From Thermoproteota archaeon (GTDB lineage Archaea > Thermoproteota > Thermoprotei > Gearchaeales > Gearchaeaceae), in the NCBI GenBank assembly GCA_021324265.1, contig JAJPJK010000009.1, forward strand, positions 802 to 64,801: DNA of 64,000 nucleotides, given 5' to 3'. Every line of letters begins with the position of its first letter. Within the stretch, counting starts at the first letter, position 1. The notes beneath the pieces were generated by a model, which saw nothing but the letters and a program-made list of their open reading frames with translations, made no database searches and had not been told where the DNA came from. A program made the position numbers and the translations under genes. Shown here in pieces: positions 30,095 to 39,274 of this stretch.

Positions 30095-31492
30095 ATGAGC
30101 CTAAATTTCGATTCTAATATCCTAAAGGAGATAAGCTACTATACTAGCGAGCCATCATGGCTAAGAGAAGAGCGCTATAGAGCATGGGAGATATACAACA
30201 AACTACCTATAGAGATTTCTCCTCTTTATGTAAAGCACCATGATATTACTAAAGTTAATCTAGAACAAGCAAGATTTGAGCTTAAGACAGAGCTTAATAA
30301 AAGCGAAGAAATCGATGCACTCTTGGATCAAATATCCTCATTGCCCTTCATTTCATTAAAGGATGGAGAAGTATACAAGATAAATATACCCCAGCCATTG
30401 AAGGAGAAGGGACTTGAGATACATAGCATAAGAGATTTGCTCAATGATGAAGATAACGCTAAGAAGCTTTTGAGTCTTAAGAGTCTAAAACCTGAAGAAG
30501 ATAAATTTCAGGCATTCAATGATGCATTCTTCAGCTCAGGCTTTTATATAAGCGTCCCAAGCGGACTCATCCTAAAGCTCCCGCTAAGAATAATAAATTT
30601 CCAGAGTGAGGAAGGAAGGATTAAGGCAATAAAGAACTTCATAAATGTTGGAGCGGATAGCAGAATAACGATACTTGAAGAGAACTATTCCTTAAAGGAA
30701 GATTTGAAACAATCGCTTTACAGCCTTAATCTCAATCTTAACTTGGGAGAAGCAGCTGAGGTTGAATATATACTTATAAACGATTTCAACAAACAAACTA
30801 ACTATTTCGTGAATAGAAGAGCAGCATGCAATAAAGATGCAAGGATAACATGGGTTATATTGAACTTTGGAACGCTTACAACTAGGGCTAAAACTGATAA
30901 TGCGATGAATGAGCAAGGAGTGATATCCAACATGAACGAAATCGTCGTTGGCGATGCTCAACAGGTATTCGATCTCACGACATACCTATCTCACAATGCA
31001 CCTTTCACAAAAGGTGTATCTATGACAAAAGGTGTGCTTAAAGATGAATCTAGAGCATTATTCAAAGGCCTCATAATCATCGAAGAGAATGCTAAGAATG
31101 CAGATGCCTATCTAGCTGAGCATGCGATGATACTCAACAGAGGAGCGAGAGCAGATTCGATACCAGGATTGGAGATAAAGAACAATGAAGTTAGAGCTAC
31201 GCACAGCGCATCTGTAGCGCAAGTGGATGAAGAGCAGATATTTTATCTCATGAGCCGAGGTCTTAGCGAAGATGAAGCCAAAAAATTCCTTACGATAGCT
31301 TTCTTCCAACCGCTCATAGATCAAATCCCTGCTGAGCTCATAAAAGAAGAGATAGCCAATCTCATAGAGAACAAACTCGAAAACAAGAAAAGGAGTATAA
31401 AGGAGAAGTTCATCATTACTGAGGAGCTTAAAGAAGTAAAGACTGTTTCACCTGAGAAGCTCTTCGAAACGCATTATAAATATAGGAAGTAA
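30095..31492 (+). CDS. sufD: Fe-S cluster assembly protein SufD
   Basis: ADSIPGLEI..NEVRATHSASV, EQIFYLMSRG. Confidence 0.93.
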   Translation: MSLNFDSNILKEISYYTSEPSWLREERYRAWEIYNKLPIEISPLYVKHHDITKVNLEQARFELKTELNKSEEIDALLDQISSLPFISLKDGEVYKINIPQPLKEKGLEIHSIRDLLNDEDNAKKLLSLKSLKPEEDKFQAFNDAFFSSGFYISVPSGLILKLPLRIINFQSEEGRIKAIKNFINVGADSRITILEENYSLKEDLKQSLYSLNLNLNLGEAAEVEYILINDFNKQTNYFVNRRAACNKDARITWVILNFGTLTTRAKTDNAMNEQGVISNMNEIVVGDAQQVFDLTTYLSHNAPFTKGVSMTKGVLKDESRALFKGLIIIEENAKNADAYLAEHAMILNRGARADSIPGLEIKNNEVRATHSASVAQVDEEQIFYLMSRGLSEDEAKKFLTIAFFQPLIDQIPAELIKEEIANLIENKLENKKRSIKEKFIITEELKEVKTVSPEKLFETHYKYRK

Positions 31493-31794
31493 TGCAGCTA
31501 AGACTTTGCAAGCTCAGCGATCTAAAGGATGAAGAAATTAAAGGCTTCGATTTGCAAGGAAAGCATTTAATAGCGATAAGGAAAGGGAATGAAGTCTTTG
31601 TTCTGGATGGTATTTGCACACATGAAGAATATGATTTAGCAAATGGCTTTTTGCTTGAGGATAGGGTAATATGCCCTCTACACTTATCACAGTTTGATAT
31701 AAGGACAGGAAAAGTAGTTAATCCACCTGCAGAAAAACCGCTGAGAACATATAGCGTGAAGATCGTTGAAGGAGAAGTTTACATTGAGTTATAG
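31492..31794 (+). CDS. Rieske-type [2Fe-2S] ferredoxin
   Basis: CTH ... CPLH..QFD motifs. Confidence 0.93.
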   Translation: MQLRLCKLSDLKDEEIKGFDLQGKHLIAIRKGNEVFVLDGICTHEEYDLANGFLLEDRVICPLHLSQFDIRTGKVVNPPAEKPLRTYSVKIVEGEVYIEL

Positions 31795-31823
31795 ATATAT
31801 TCAAGTTCTTCCTTTTTAATGAC

Positions 31824-32225
31824 ATGAACGAATATTACTACGAGCTCATCCTCGATCATTGGAGATATCCTAGGAACAAAGGCAAGATGAAGGATCCAGA
31901 TGCATATGCCTTCGATTCCAATCCTTTATGTGGCGATGAAGTAGAGTATGCACTGAAACTTGATGATAACAAAAGGGTCATCGATATTAAATTCGATGGC
32001 CACGGATGTGCACTTAGCCAAGCTTCAGCTTCAATACTTAGCGAGCTCGTTAAAGGTAAGACAATCGAGGAAATAAAGAACATGACGAAGGAGGAATTGT
32101 TGCGGGAGCTTGGAAATCCCAATTTGGGGCCTACAAGGATAAAGTGTGCTTTGCTCTCATATAAAACGCTTAAGCTCGCGGTATATTCCTATCTAGGAAA
32201 GAAGCTCCAAGAGGAAATATACTGA
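31824..32225 (+). CDS. sufU: SufU/IscU-family Fe-S scaffold/sulfur acceptor
   Basis: ILDH..YPRN.G, NPLCGD, GCALSQAS, RIKCA. Confidence 0.92.
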   Translation: MNEYYYELILDHWRYPRNKGKMKDPDAYAFDSNPLCGDEVEYALKLDDNKRVIDIKFDGHGCALSQASASILSELVKGKTIEEIKNMTKEELLRELGNPNLGPTRIKCALLSYKTLKLAVYSYLGKKLQEEIY

Positions 32226-32260
32226 AAGTTTAAAAGTTTTCTAATTGCCATATTTATTGG

Positions 32261-32361
32261 GCAGGGGTTCCCTAGCCTGGTCAAAGGGGCGGGGCTTAGG
32301 ATGCTATGCATAAGACACCCCGTGGCTTAGGCCTTCGTGGGTTCAAATCCCACCCCCTGCA
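32261..32361 (+). tRNA. tRNA-Leu(UAG) with 16-nt intron (32301-32316) at position 37/38
   Basis: GCAGGGG/CCCCTGC acceptor; CGGGG/CCCCG anticodon stem; long variable arm; BHB with CUUA/UAAG central helix and GGA, ACA bulges. Confidence 0.95.
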
Positions 32362-32396
32362 TAAGTTTATAATTTTATAAACTATTTTTCTCTCTC

Positions 32397-34217
32397 ATGT
32401 GCAGAATATGCGCAGCTGTATTTCAGGCTGATAACGTTGCTCCTTTATTACATGCTGGACTTAAGCGCCTCGAATACGGTGGCTACGACAGCGCAGGCAT
32501 CGCAACGCTTCATGGCGGAAAGCTCTATATTAAGAAGGATAAGGGCAAGATAGATGAAATACATCAAGCACTAAATCTCGATGATTTGCCAGGAAGCATA
32601 GGGATCGCACATACTAGATGGGCTACACATGGAGCACCTAGTAAGGTAAATGCACATCCGCATACTGATTGCAAGGGAGAAATAGCAGTTGTGCACAATG
32701 GCATTATAGAGAATTTTTTGGAGCTCAAACAAGAGCTCGAGAATCTAAGGCATGTATTCATTTCTCGAACAGATACTGAAGTAATTCCTCATCTCATAGA
32801 GGAATATTATAAAAGGACGAACAATTTCAGGGAAGCATGCTTCCAAGCGCTCAGGAGGCTTCAGGGAACATTTGCAATAGCAATACTTTCAAGATATGCC
32901 AAGGATATGATCGTTGTAGCGAGGAAAGGTTCACCGCTCTTATTGGGCATAGGTAATGGTTTTAACTTCGCAGCTTCCGATGCTATTGCTTTCCTAGATA
33001 AGACGAAGACGAGCATACCTCTTGAAGATGGAGATATCGCTTTTTTGAGTTCTAGCTCTTATGAGATATACAGGATCGAAGATGCTACGCCAGTCAAGAG
33101 GAAAACAATAACGATTGACTGGGATCTGCAACAAGCAAGCAAGGAGGGATATGAGCACTTCATGCTCAAGGAAATCATGGAGCAGCCATATACTATGAGG
33201 CTCTCTTTAGGTGCACAGAAACAATACGTAGATTTGCTCGCAGAATTCATGGAAAAATCTTCCAAGAACTTTTTAGTTGCCGCTGGGACATCTTACCACT
33301 CATGCGTAGCAGCTTCATATCTCTATTCAAGGCTTGCAAATCTAGCAACGATACCTGTAATTGCTTCAGAATTCATTGAGCAATATGGCAATGCCATAGA
33401 TGTCAATACAACAATTTTGTTCGTTTCCCAATCAGGAGAAACATATGATGTCATAAATGCAGCTGATTTCGCTAGGAAAAAGGCATGTACAGTGCTGGGA
33501 ATATGTAATGTAATAGGATCCACCCTAACGAGGATGGTAAGAGCGTATGTGCATCAGCAATCCGGCCCTGAGATAGGCGTAGCTGCAACGAAAACATATA
33601 CTTCGCAGCTCATAATACATCTCTTACTTTCTATAAGCCTAGCTAAAAAAAGAGGTAAGATATCGCAGAGCGAAATGGATGACATAAAGGAAACGATAAA
33701 TGAGCTGCCAAGCTTGGCTGAGCAAATCTTGATATCCAAACAGAAAGAAATGCTTGAGGTATCGAAGTTGATAATGAATAAAAATCATGTATTCTTCCTT
33801 GCAAGAGGAATGAACTATGCTACGGCGCTAGAAGGAAGGCTGAAGCTATTGGAAATAGCATACATACCGAGTACAGCATATCCTGCTGGCGAATCAAAGC
33901 ACGGGCCAATAAGCTTGATAGAAGAAGGAGTCCCAGTGATTTTCATCGCGCCAAATGATGAAACGCGAAAACTTTTGATAGGCAATATAATGGAAATGAA
34001 GGCGAGAAAAGCTACGATAATTACACTGGGCGAGGAAGGAGATAGCGAGCTAATGCAGCTAAGCGATCACTACATTGCTATGCCAAGAATGCTGCCCATC
34101 ATAACGCCTATACTTTACATCATGCCTCTTCAATTATTGGCATATTATACAGCAGTAAACAAAGGATTAGATCCAGATAAGCCAAGAAATCTCGCGAAAT
34201 CTGTAACTGTGCTCTAA
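32397..34217 (+). CDS. glmS: Glutamine--fructose-6-phosphate transaminase (isomerizing)
   Basis: N-terminal Cys, HTRWATHG, HNGIIEN, SQSGET, VAATKT, PRNLAKSVTV. Confidence 0.97.
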   Translation: MCRICAAVFQADNVAPLLHAGLKRLEYGGYDSAGIATLHGGKLYIKKDKGKIDEIHQALNLDDLPGSIGIAHTRWATHGAPSKVNAHPHTDCKGEIAVVHNGIIENFLELKQELENLRHVFISRTDTEVIPHLIEEYYKRTNNFREACFQALRRLQGTFAIAILSRYAKDMIVVARKGSPLLLGIGNGFNFAASDAIAFLDKTKTSIPLEDGDIAFLSSSSYEIYRIEDATPVKRKTITIDWDLQQASKEGYEHFMLKEIMEQPYTMRLSLGAQKQYVDLLAEFMEKSSKNFLVAAGTSYHSCVAASYLYSRLANLATIPVIASEFIEQYGNAIDVNTTILFVSQSGETYDVINAADFARKKACTVLGICNVIGSTLTRMVRAYVHQQSGPEIGVAATKTYTSQLIIHLLLSISLAKKRGKISQSEMDDIKETINELPSLAEQILISKQKEMLEVSKLIMNKNHVFFLARGMNYATALEGRLKLLEIAYIPSTAYPAGESKHGPISLIEEGVPVIFIAPNDETRKLLIGNIMEMKARKATIITLGEEGDSELMQLSDHYIAMPRMLPIITPILYIMPLQLLAYYTAVNKGLDPDKPRNLAKSVTVL

Positions 34218-34574
34218 ATCCTTTCCATCCAAAAGTTATTGTATCTTGAACCATTTGTTTGTCTTTCAATAAGCATTGCAATGAATTATCTTCTATTTGA
34301 TTATTTAAATTTTTGAAAAACTAGCGAGCGAGCCTAAGGAGTTTGGCCTGATTTTCCTTAAAAAATTGTTACATTGGATCTCAAGAGACCATATGAGCAT
34401 GAATGAATCATTGAACTATGAAAAAAGTTTTATATTTTGAAATGAGCACTGGGAATAAATAGTAAAGGATTAGCTTTAGATGAAGCTGGCCAGTGCTCAA
34501 TAAATGAAGCTAAAGGCCACTATCTTTAAATATAGTTAGATTTATATCCTCCAGCCGAATAATATAAAAGGATC

Positions 34575-34901
34575 ATGCTCACGTACCTCGATATATATTC
34601 AACTTATAAAAATTTGATTCGTAAAAAGTTGTGGAATAGATTAGATAAATTTGATAAAGCTTTTGTGTTATCATGTTTGAAACTAAGTAAAATTAAAAAG
34701 ATTTTCAATTTTGAGATCATAAATACATTTAAAAATATAATAAGTAAAATAGCTAACTTCAGAAGCCGCATGACAGAAAAGGGTAGGAAAATAGCAGAGA
34801 ATGCAATGACAGGAAGCGTAGCGATGATACTTGGAAAGCTCAGAGATTGGTATCACGACTCGAATTACCAATTTTGGCTAGGTCTAGCGCTTACAAAATA
34901 A
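34575..34901 (+). CDS. Hypothetical basic protein
   Basis: 108-aa ORF heading the surface locus; C-terminal W....YQFWLG. Confidence 0.65.
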   Translation: MLTYLDIYSTYKNLIRKKLWNRLDKFDKAFVLSCLKLSKIKKIFNFEIINTFKNIISKIANFRSRMTEKGRKIAENAMTGSVAMILGKLRDWYHDSNYQFWLGLALTK

Positions 34902-34923
34902 CACTTGTATAGAGGAATTTAAA

Positions 34924-35388
34924 TTGAAAAGAAAATTTATATTGTTATCAATATTTTTATTATTCATTATATTAAGTATAAATATTAAAATATTAAATGC
35001 TCAAAACGATAACTTTTTAGATCAATTCGAAAAAGCTTATACAGCGCTATACAATGCAGAGCTCAATGGAGGAAATATAACGGAGCTTTACTACAAATTG
35101 AACCAATCCTTAGCTATCTATGAAGAAGCTCAGCAATATAAGCAAAGAAATAGCACGCTTTACAACGAGCTCATCGATAATGCTACAAAGATATTGAATG
35201 AGGTAATGAGCAATGTTGCAAATGTTGAAGCACAAGGAATTGCTACTACCAATAATAGAATACTAGATTTTTCGCTAGAAATGGTTTCCTTAGTAATAGC
35301 GGGAATATTAGTCTACATCTACATGCCAAGGATAACGCTCTACATATGGTTAAAGATCCATTCGAAGTGGAAGGTTGTTAAGAAATGA
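34924..35388 (+). CDS. Membrane-anchored secreted helical protein
   Basis: Signal peptide, helical ectodomain with NxS/T sequons, C-terminal TM. Confidence 0.75.
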   Translation: MKRKFILLSIFLLFIILSINIKILNAQNDNFLDQFEKAYTALYNAELNGGNITELYYKLNQSLAIYEEAQQYKQRNSTLYNELIDNATKILNEVMSNVANVEAQGIATTNNRILDFSLEMVSLVIAGILVYIYMPRITLYIWLKIHSKWKVVKK

Positions 35389-35873
35389 TAGAAGAGAAGA
35401 TCACTTTAGCAACGCTAGCAATAATAGCGTTAATAGCCTTGGCGCTCATATTTCAGTTCGTCAATCCAAGCTTTTCCGAGCCCTTTTCTGAGCTCGCCAT
35501 ACTAGGCCCTGACATGAAGCTAACAGGCTACCCCCACGAAGTATCTGTAGGAGAGAACTTCACGCTTTATTTATTTGTTGGCAACCATGAAGGACATACG
35601 ATGTTCTATGAAGTTATGGTAAAGTTGGTAAACAACCAAACAACGCTTAGCACATCGAGCCCACTAAATGCTAGCGTGCTAGCTACTTATTACTTCATAA
35701 TCATGAACAACCAGAACGCAACCAAAAAGATTGTGCTTTCAATACCATATGAAGGAACGAATTTGAGGCTCGTCTTCGAACTCTGGGCCTTCTCAGCATC
35801 GAGCAACTCATTCTATTATAAAGGCATCTCGACGTATATCTGGCTTAACGTAACAGCTAGTAAGAGTGTCTGA
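35385..35873 (+). CDS. DUF1616-like protein (extracellular C-terminal half)
   Basis: TM then EPFSELAILGP...YP..V..GE...L..V.NHEG...Y...LVFELW...WLNV. Confidence 0.75.
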   Translation: MIEEKITLATLAIIALIALALIFQFVNPSFSEPFSELAILGPDMKLTGYPHEVSVGENFTLYLFVGNHEGHTMFYEVMVKLVNNQTTLSTSSPLNASVLATYYFIIMNNQNATKKIVLSIPYEGTNLRLVFELWAFSASSNSFYYKGISTYIWLNVTASKSV

Positions 35874-36444
35874 AAAGGAAATAGAAAACTATATCCTGAA
35901 AGCTTCAAGTAAGGTAGCCACGCTTGTTGATCTCGTAGAAGAAACTTCTAGGGCATTTTCTATACCTAAGTACAAAGTCCTGAGAGTTCTGAGCAGGCTA
36001 GTGGACGAAGAGAAGATATACATTCAGAATCCAAAAATTCCAAATTCTTTTATGCAATATCTCCTATCCTCATATTCGCAATGGTTTTTACTAGTTGTTT
36101 TAGCAGATTTCATGACATTGGCATCGATATACCTATTGCCTCAGACCTTTCCTGTAATACTAATAAGATATTTTTTCTCAGGGCTTTTCCTGCTCTACCT
36201 CCCAGGCTACACTCTCATAGAGGCTCTTTTCCCAAAGAAGGAAGATATGGGAAGCATAGAGAGATTCGCGCTTTCCGTGAGTTTAAGCCTCGCCATTGCA
36301 CCGCTAATAGGATATATTTTCAATTTCACAGTATGGGGCATAAGGCTAGAACCTATAGCTACAGCACTGACCATATGGATAATGTGCTTTGCTATACTAG
36401 CGCTGATGAGAAAATATTATTACTTCAGACTCGCTAATATTTAG
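35866..36444 (+). CDS. DUF1616-like protein (membrane N-terminal half) with wHTH-like N-terminus
   Basis: LYLPGYTLIEALFP...ERFALSVSLSLAI.PLIG..FNFT.WGIRLEPI. Confidence 0.8.
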   Translation: MSEKEIENYILKASSKVATLVDLVEETSRAFSIPKYKVLRVLSRLVDEEKIYIQNPKIPNSFMQYLLSSYSQWFLLVVLADFMTLASIYLLPQTFPVILIRYFFSGLFLLYLPGYTLIEALFPKKEDMGSIERFALSVSLSLAIAPLIGYIFNFTVWGIRLEPIATALTIWIMCFAILALMRKYYYFRLANI

Positions 36445-36447
36445 CGC

Positions 36448-37155
36448 ATGCGCAGTATAAACTCCATATTGGGCTTATCATTTTCAGTATTCGGTGCATT
36501 ATTCGCAATTTTCAATTACTTTATAACTTACAGTGCACCGCTTATTTCGACAGGCCTAGCCATCATGATCATAGGAATAGCTCTAAGCCTAATTCCTGAT
36601 TCTTCTATAACCCAAAGAACTCTCAAGAGCATGCTTCACAGCTCAATGTTAAATATTGAGGCCATACTGGAACACTTCGATATCAAGAATAGCGCAGTTT
36701 ATGTCCCCACAAAAGATAAAAATGTTGTAGCGTACATACCTATCTATACTAACCCTCATACTCCTAGCATTGAATCATATTATAATGCACCTAAGTCAAT
36801 ACTCACAAGGCTAGGTGATACACCTGCAATCATGATATTACCTCCGGCCTCCGAAATTACTCAGTCAGAGGAAATTTCTAGAGAGGCCAGCCTAGAGGAA
36901 AGTTTGAATTATATCATATGTGAATTATGCGAATTGAGCGACTCCGTAAAATTGGTAGAAAAAGGAGATGAGATCATTCTGGAATTTAAAAATATAAAAT
37001 TCATGCCAGAAGCTGCGAGATTTAAGCTCTGTTTAGGATCTTTGCATAGCAGCATCGCAGCATGCGTGATTGCCATTGAAAAAGAAAGAGCAGTTTCAAT
37101 AATTGAAGATAATGGAGATTTGAGAAAAAACATCGTTAAAATGAAACTATACTGA
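36448..37155 (+). CDS. Two-TM protein with V4R-like cytoplasmic C-terminal region
   Basis: Two N-terminal TMs; AVYVP, PPA, CLGSLHSSIAACVIA. Confidence 0.6.
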   Translation: MRSINSILGLSFSVFGALFAIFNYFITYSAPLISTGLAIMIIGIALSLIPDSSITQRTLKSMLHSSMLNIEAILEHFDIKNSAVYVPTKDKNVVAYIPIYTNPHTPSIESYYNAPKSILTRLGDTPAIMILPPASEITQSEEISREASLEESLNYIICELCELSDSVKLVEKGDEIILEFKNIKFMPEAARFKLCLGSLHSSIAACVIAIEKERAVSIIEDNGDLRKNIVKMKLY

Positions 37156-37394
37156 TGGAAAGAAGTTATCAGTTCATATTCGCCTTAATGGTCTTGATGT
37201 TTGCGAGCATTGTAGTTCTAGAGCTAGAAAACGTTACGGACCTGGGAGTGTATCTTACAGTTTTCGCTTTTGAGTACATAGTCCTAGATGAAATGTTTAA
37301 AGTCAGAAAAATAGCCTTTGATTTCCTTAAATTAGCACTATTTGTTATTTTTGTATACATCGTCGCTATTAGAATTATTAACATATTAGTTTGA
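37155..37394 (+). CDS. Small membrane protein
   Basis: 79 aa, 3 hydrophobic segments, translationally coupled. Confidence 0.7.
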   Translation: MERSYQFIFALMVLMFASIVVLELENVTDLGVYLTVFAFEYIVLDEMFKVRKIAFDFLKLALFVIFVYIVAIRIINILV

Positions 37395-39274
37395 AAATTA
37401 GAAAAGTAGTTATATCTTTTTTTGTGATTATATTAATTTTATTATCTTTATTCATGTTCAACAATCCTATCCAACAAGTATACATAAGCATTCAGACATC
37501 CCTAAATCCTTCTACGGCCAATGAGAGCATTCCTTCCTCTATCGCACTTCTTCAAATTTATAATGGTATTTTCTCTTCGATAAACGAAGAAAATTTTACA
37601 AAAGCTAAAGATTCAATAAGCAGTTTAAATTTTGCTTACTTTCCTTCCAAATTTAAATTTATAGTAAATAGATTTAATTCTCTATTGAATATGACAATTG
37701 ATGATCTATCATTAATAAAGAATTACATTGAAAAAGCTAATAAGGCTTTAAAAATTGGAAATCTCACAAAGGCAAAAGAAATAATTGATGAGGCTAACAA
37801 GACCTATGAGGACGCAAATGCAACAATAAACGAACTTTTTTTGGCATTAAACAGTTTTTCATCCTCTATCAATGTGCCTTTAGCAACGATGCAGAGTAAT
37901 CTGGAGAATTTAAAACAGAAACTCGATTCCTATCTTCAAGAGATTTTAGAGCTCAGCGAAGAAATAATGGCATATTCAATGCTCAAGCCAGTGAGCCTGA
38001 TCATTGAAACAACGGTAACAAGCGTATGGACAGGCGGAACAATTGATATCTACGGCAATCTTACGAGTAATGGAACTGCTCTGGCTGGCAAAAAAATAAG
38101 CATATTTATAGATACGAAGAATGTCACGAGCATAAATACTGATGCCGAAGGCAGGTTTGTGTTCACGTATAGCCTACCATACATTTACAGAGAAAAATTA
38201 GAGATCTTCGCCTCCTATATTCCTAGTGGACAGGATGCGAATGTCTATGCCCCTGCAATTTCGAACACGTTGTTCATTAACATCCAGTATTATAAACCGA
38301 GCATAGAGATAACATACCCCCAAGTTGTGCTACCATCAAAAATCTACACTTTTGAAGGCTACGTATTGCTAAATGAAACCTATTTGGATAATATCAAGGT
38401 ATTGCTTAAGTTTCAGAATCAAACGTGTTTAGCGCAAACCAATAAGGGCTATTTCAGCTGCGAACTTGAGATACCTTCAAATGTGCAAGAAGGAAATTAC
38501 ACCTTTCACGTCTCTACCTATCCTAATGGAACGATAGGCCCGTTTAGCAATGATTACATGATCGAAGTCAAGAAACTAGATTTGGACATAAACCTTAATT
38601 ATTCAGGAATAACCATTGCCGGCTTAAATGTTGTCATAGATGGTTCAGTTTCATTAAATAATACACCTGTGTCCAATGCGCAGATACTCTTACTAAATTA
38701 CCTATCAGCCAATTCCACATACACTGATTCTCAAGGTAGGTTCAAAATCAGTGTACCCATAAGTGCGCTCTACTTCGGTTGGGACTACGAGATACTAATA
38801 AAGATATCACCTGCATTGCCATACGCGAAGGATAAAACTGTAATTGCGAGGGTTTACGTCTTTAATGGATTCACCATGGCATCTCTGATAATACTAACAT
38901 CGGTTTCTTCATACATGATTTATTCATACAGCCGTAAGAAGAAGCCTGAAAGGAAGGAAGAAAAGGAGATTGTAAAGGAAGAGCCTGAGGAGACCGTTGT
39001 GGTCCATGAAAAAGCCTACAGCGGAATATTGAAGATATATTATTTAGCTACTTCTTTAGCGGAGAAAGTTTCTGGTATAAAACTCCTTAAGCACTATACA
39101 ATTAGAGAATACTGCAATATGATTGAAAATAAGATCAGAGCCTTTCCTTCTTTTCTTGAGATTTCCATGCTTACAGAGAAACATCTTTACTCTGGAGAGG
39201 CTGAAGATGAGAAAGACATAAAGAAGGCAGAAGAGGAATACAGAAGGCTAGAAGAAGAGAATGGTGGACTTTAG
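37391..39274 (+). CDS. Large membrane-anchored surface protein (helical + Ig-like repeats, C-terminal DUF4129-like domain)
   Basis: N-terminal TM, coiled-coil, TDAEGRF/TDSQGRF beta repeats, second TM, YTIREY...LYS; many NxS/T sequons. Confidence 0.75.
   Translation: MKIRKVVISFFVIILILLSLFMFNNPIQQVYISIQTSLNPSTANESIPSSIALLQIYNGIFSSINEENFTKAKDSISSLNFAYFPSKFKFIVNRFNSLLNMTIDDLSLIKNYIEKANKALKIGNLTKAKEIIDEANKTYEDANATINELFLALNSFSSSINVPLATMQSNLENLKQKLDSYLQEILELSEEIMAYSMLKPVSLIIETTVTSVWTGGTIDIYGNLTSNGTALAGKKISIFIDTKNVTSINTDAEGRFVFTYSLPYIYREKLEIFASYIPSGQDANVYAPAISNTLFINIQYYKPSIEITYPQVVLPSKIYTFEGYVLLNETYLDNIKVLLKFQNQTCLAQTNKGYFSCELEIPSNVQEGNYTFHVSTYPNGTIGPFSNDYMIEVKKLDLDINLNYSGITIAGLNVVIDGSVSLNNTPVSNAQILLLNYLSANSTYTDSQGRFKISVPISALYFGWDYEILIKISPALPYAKDKTVIARVYVFNGFTMASLIILTSVSSYMIYSYSRKKKPERKEEKEIVKEEPEETVVVHEKAYSGILKIYYLATSLAEKVSGIKLLKHYTIREYCNMIENKIRAFPSFLEISMLTEKHLYSGEAEDEKDIKKAEEEYRRLEEENGGL

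Noticed and set aside
32362..32396. glmS ribozyme upstream of glmS
   Set aside because: Only 35 AT-rich bases containing a TATA-like box; no room for the ribozyme
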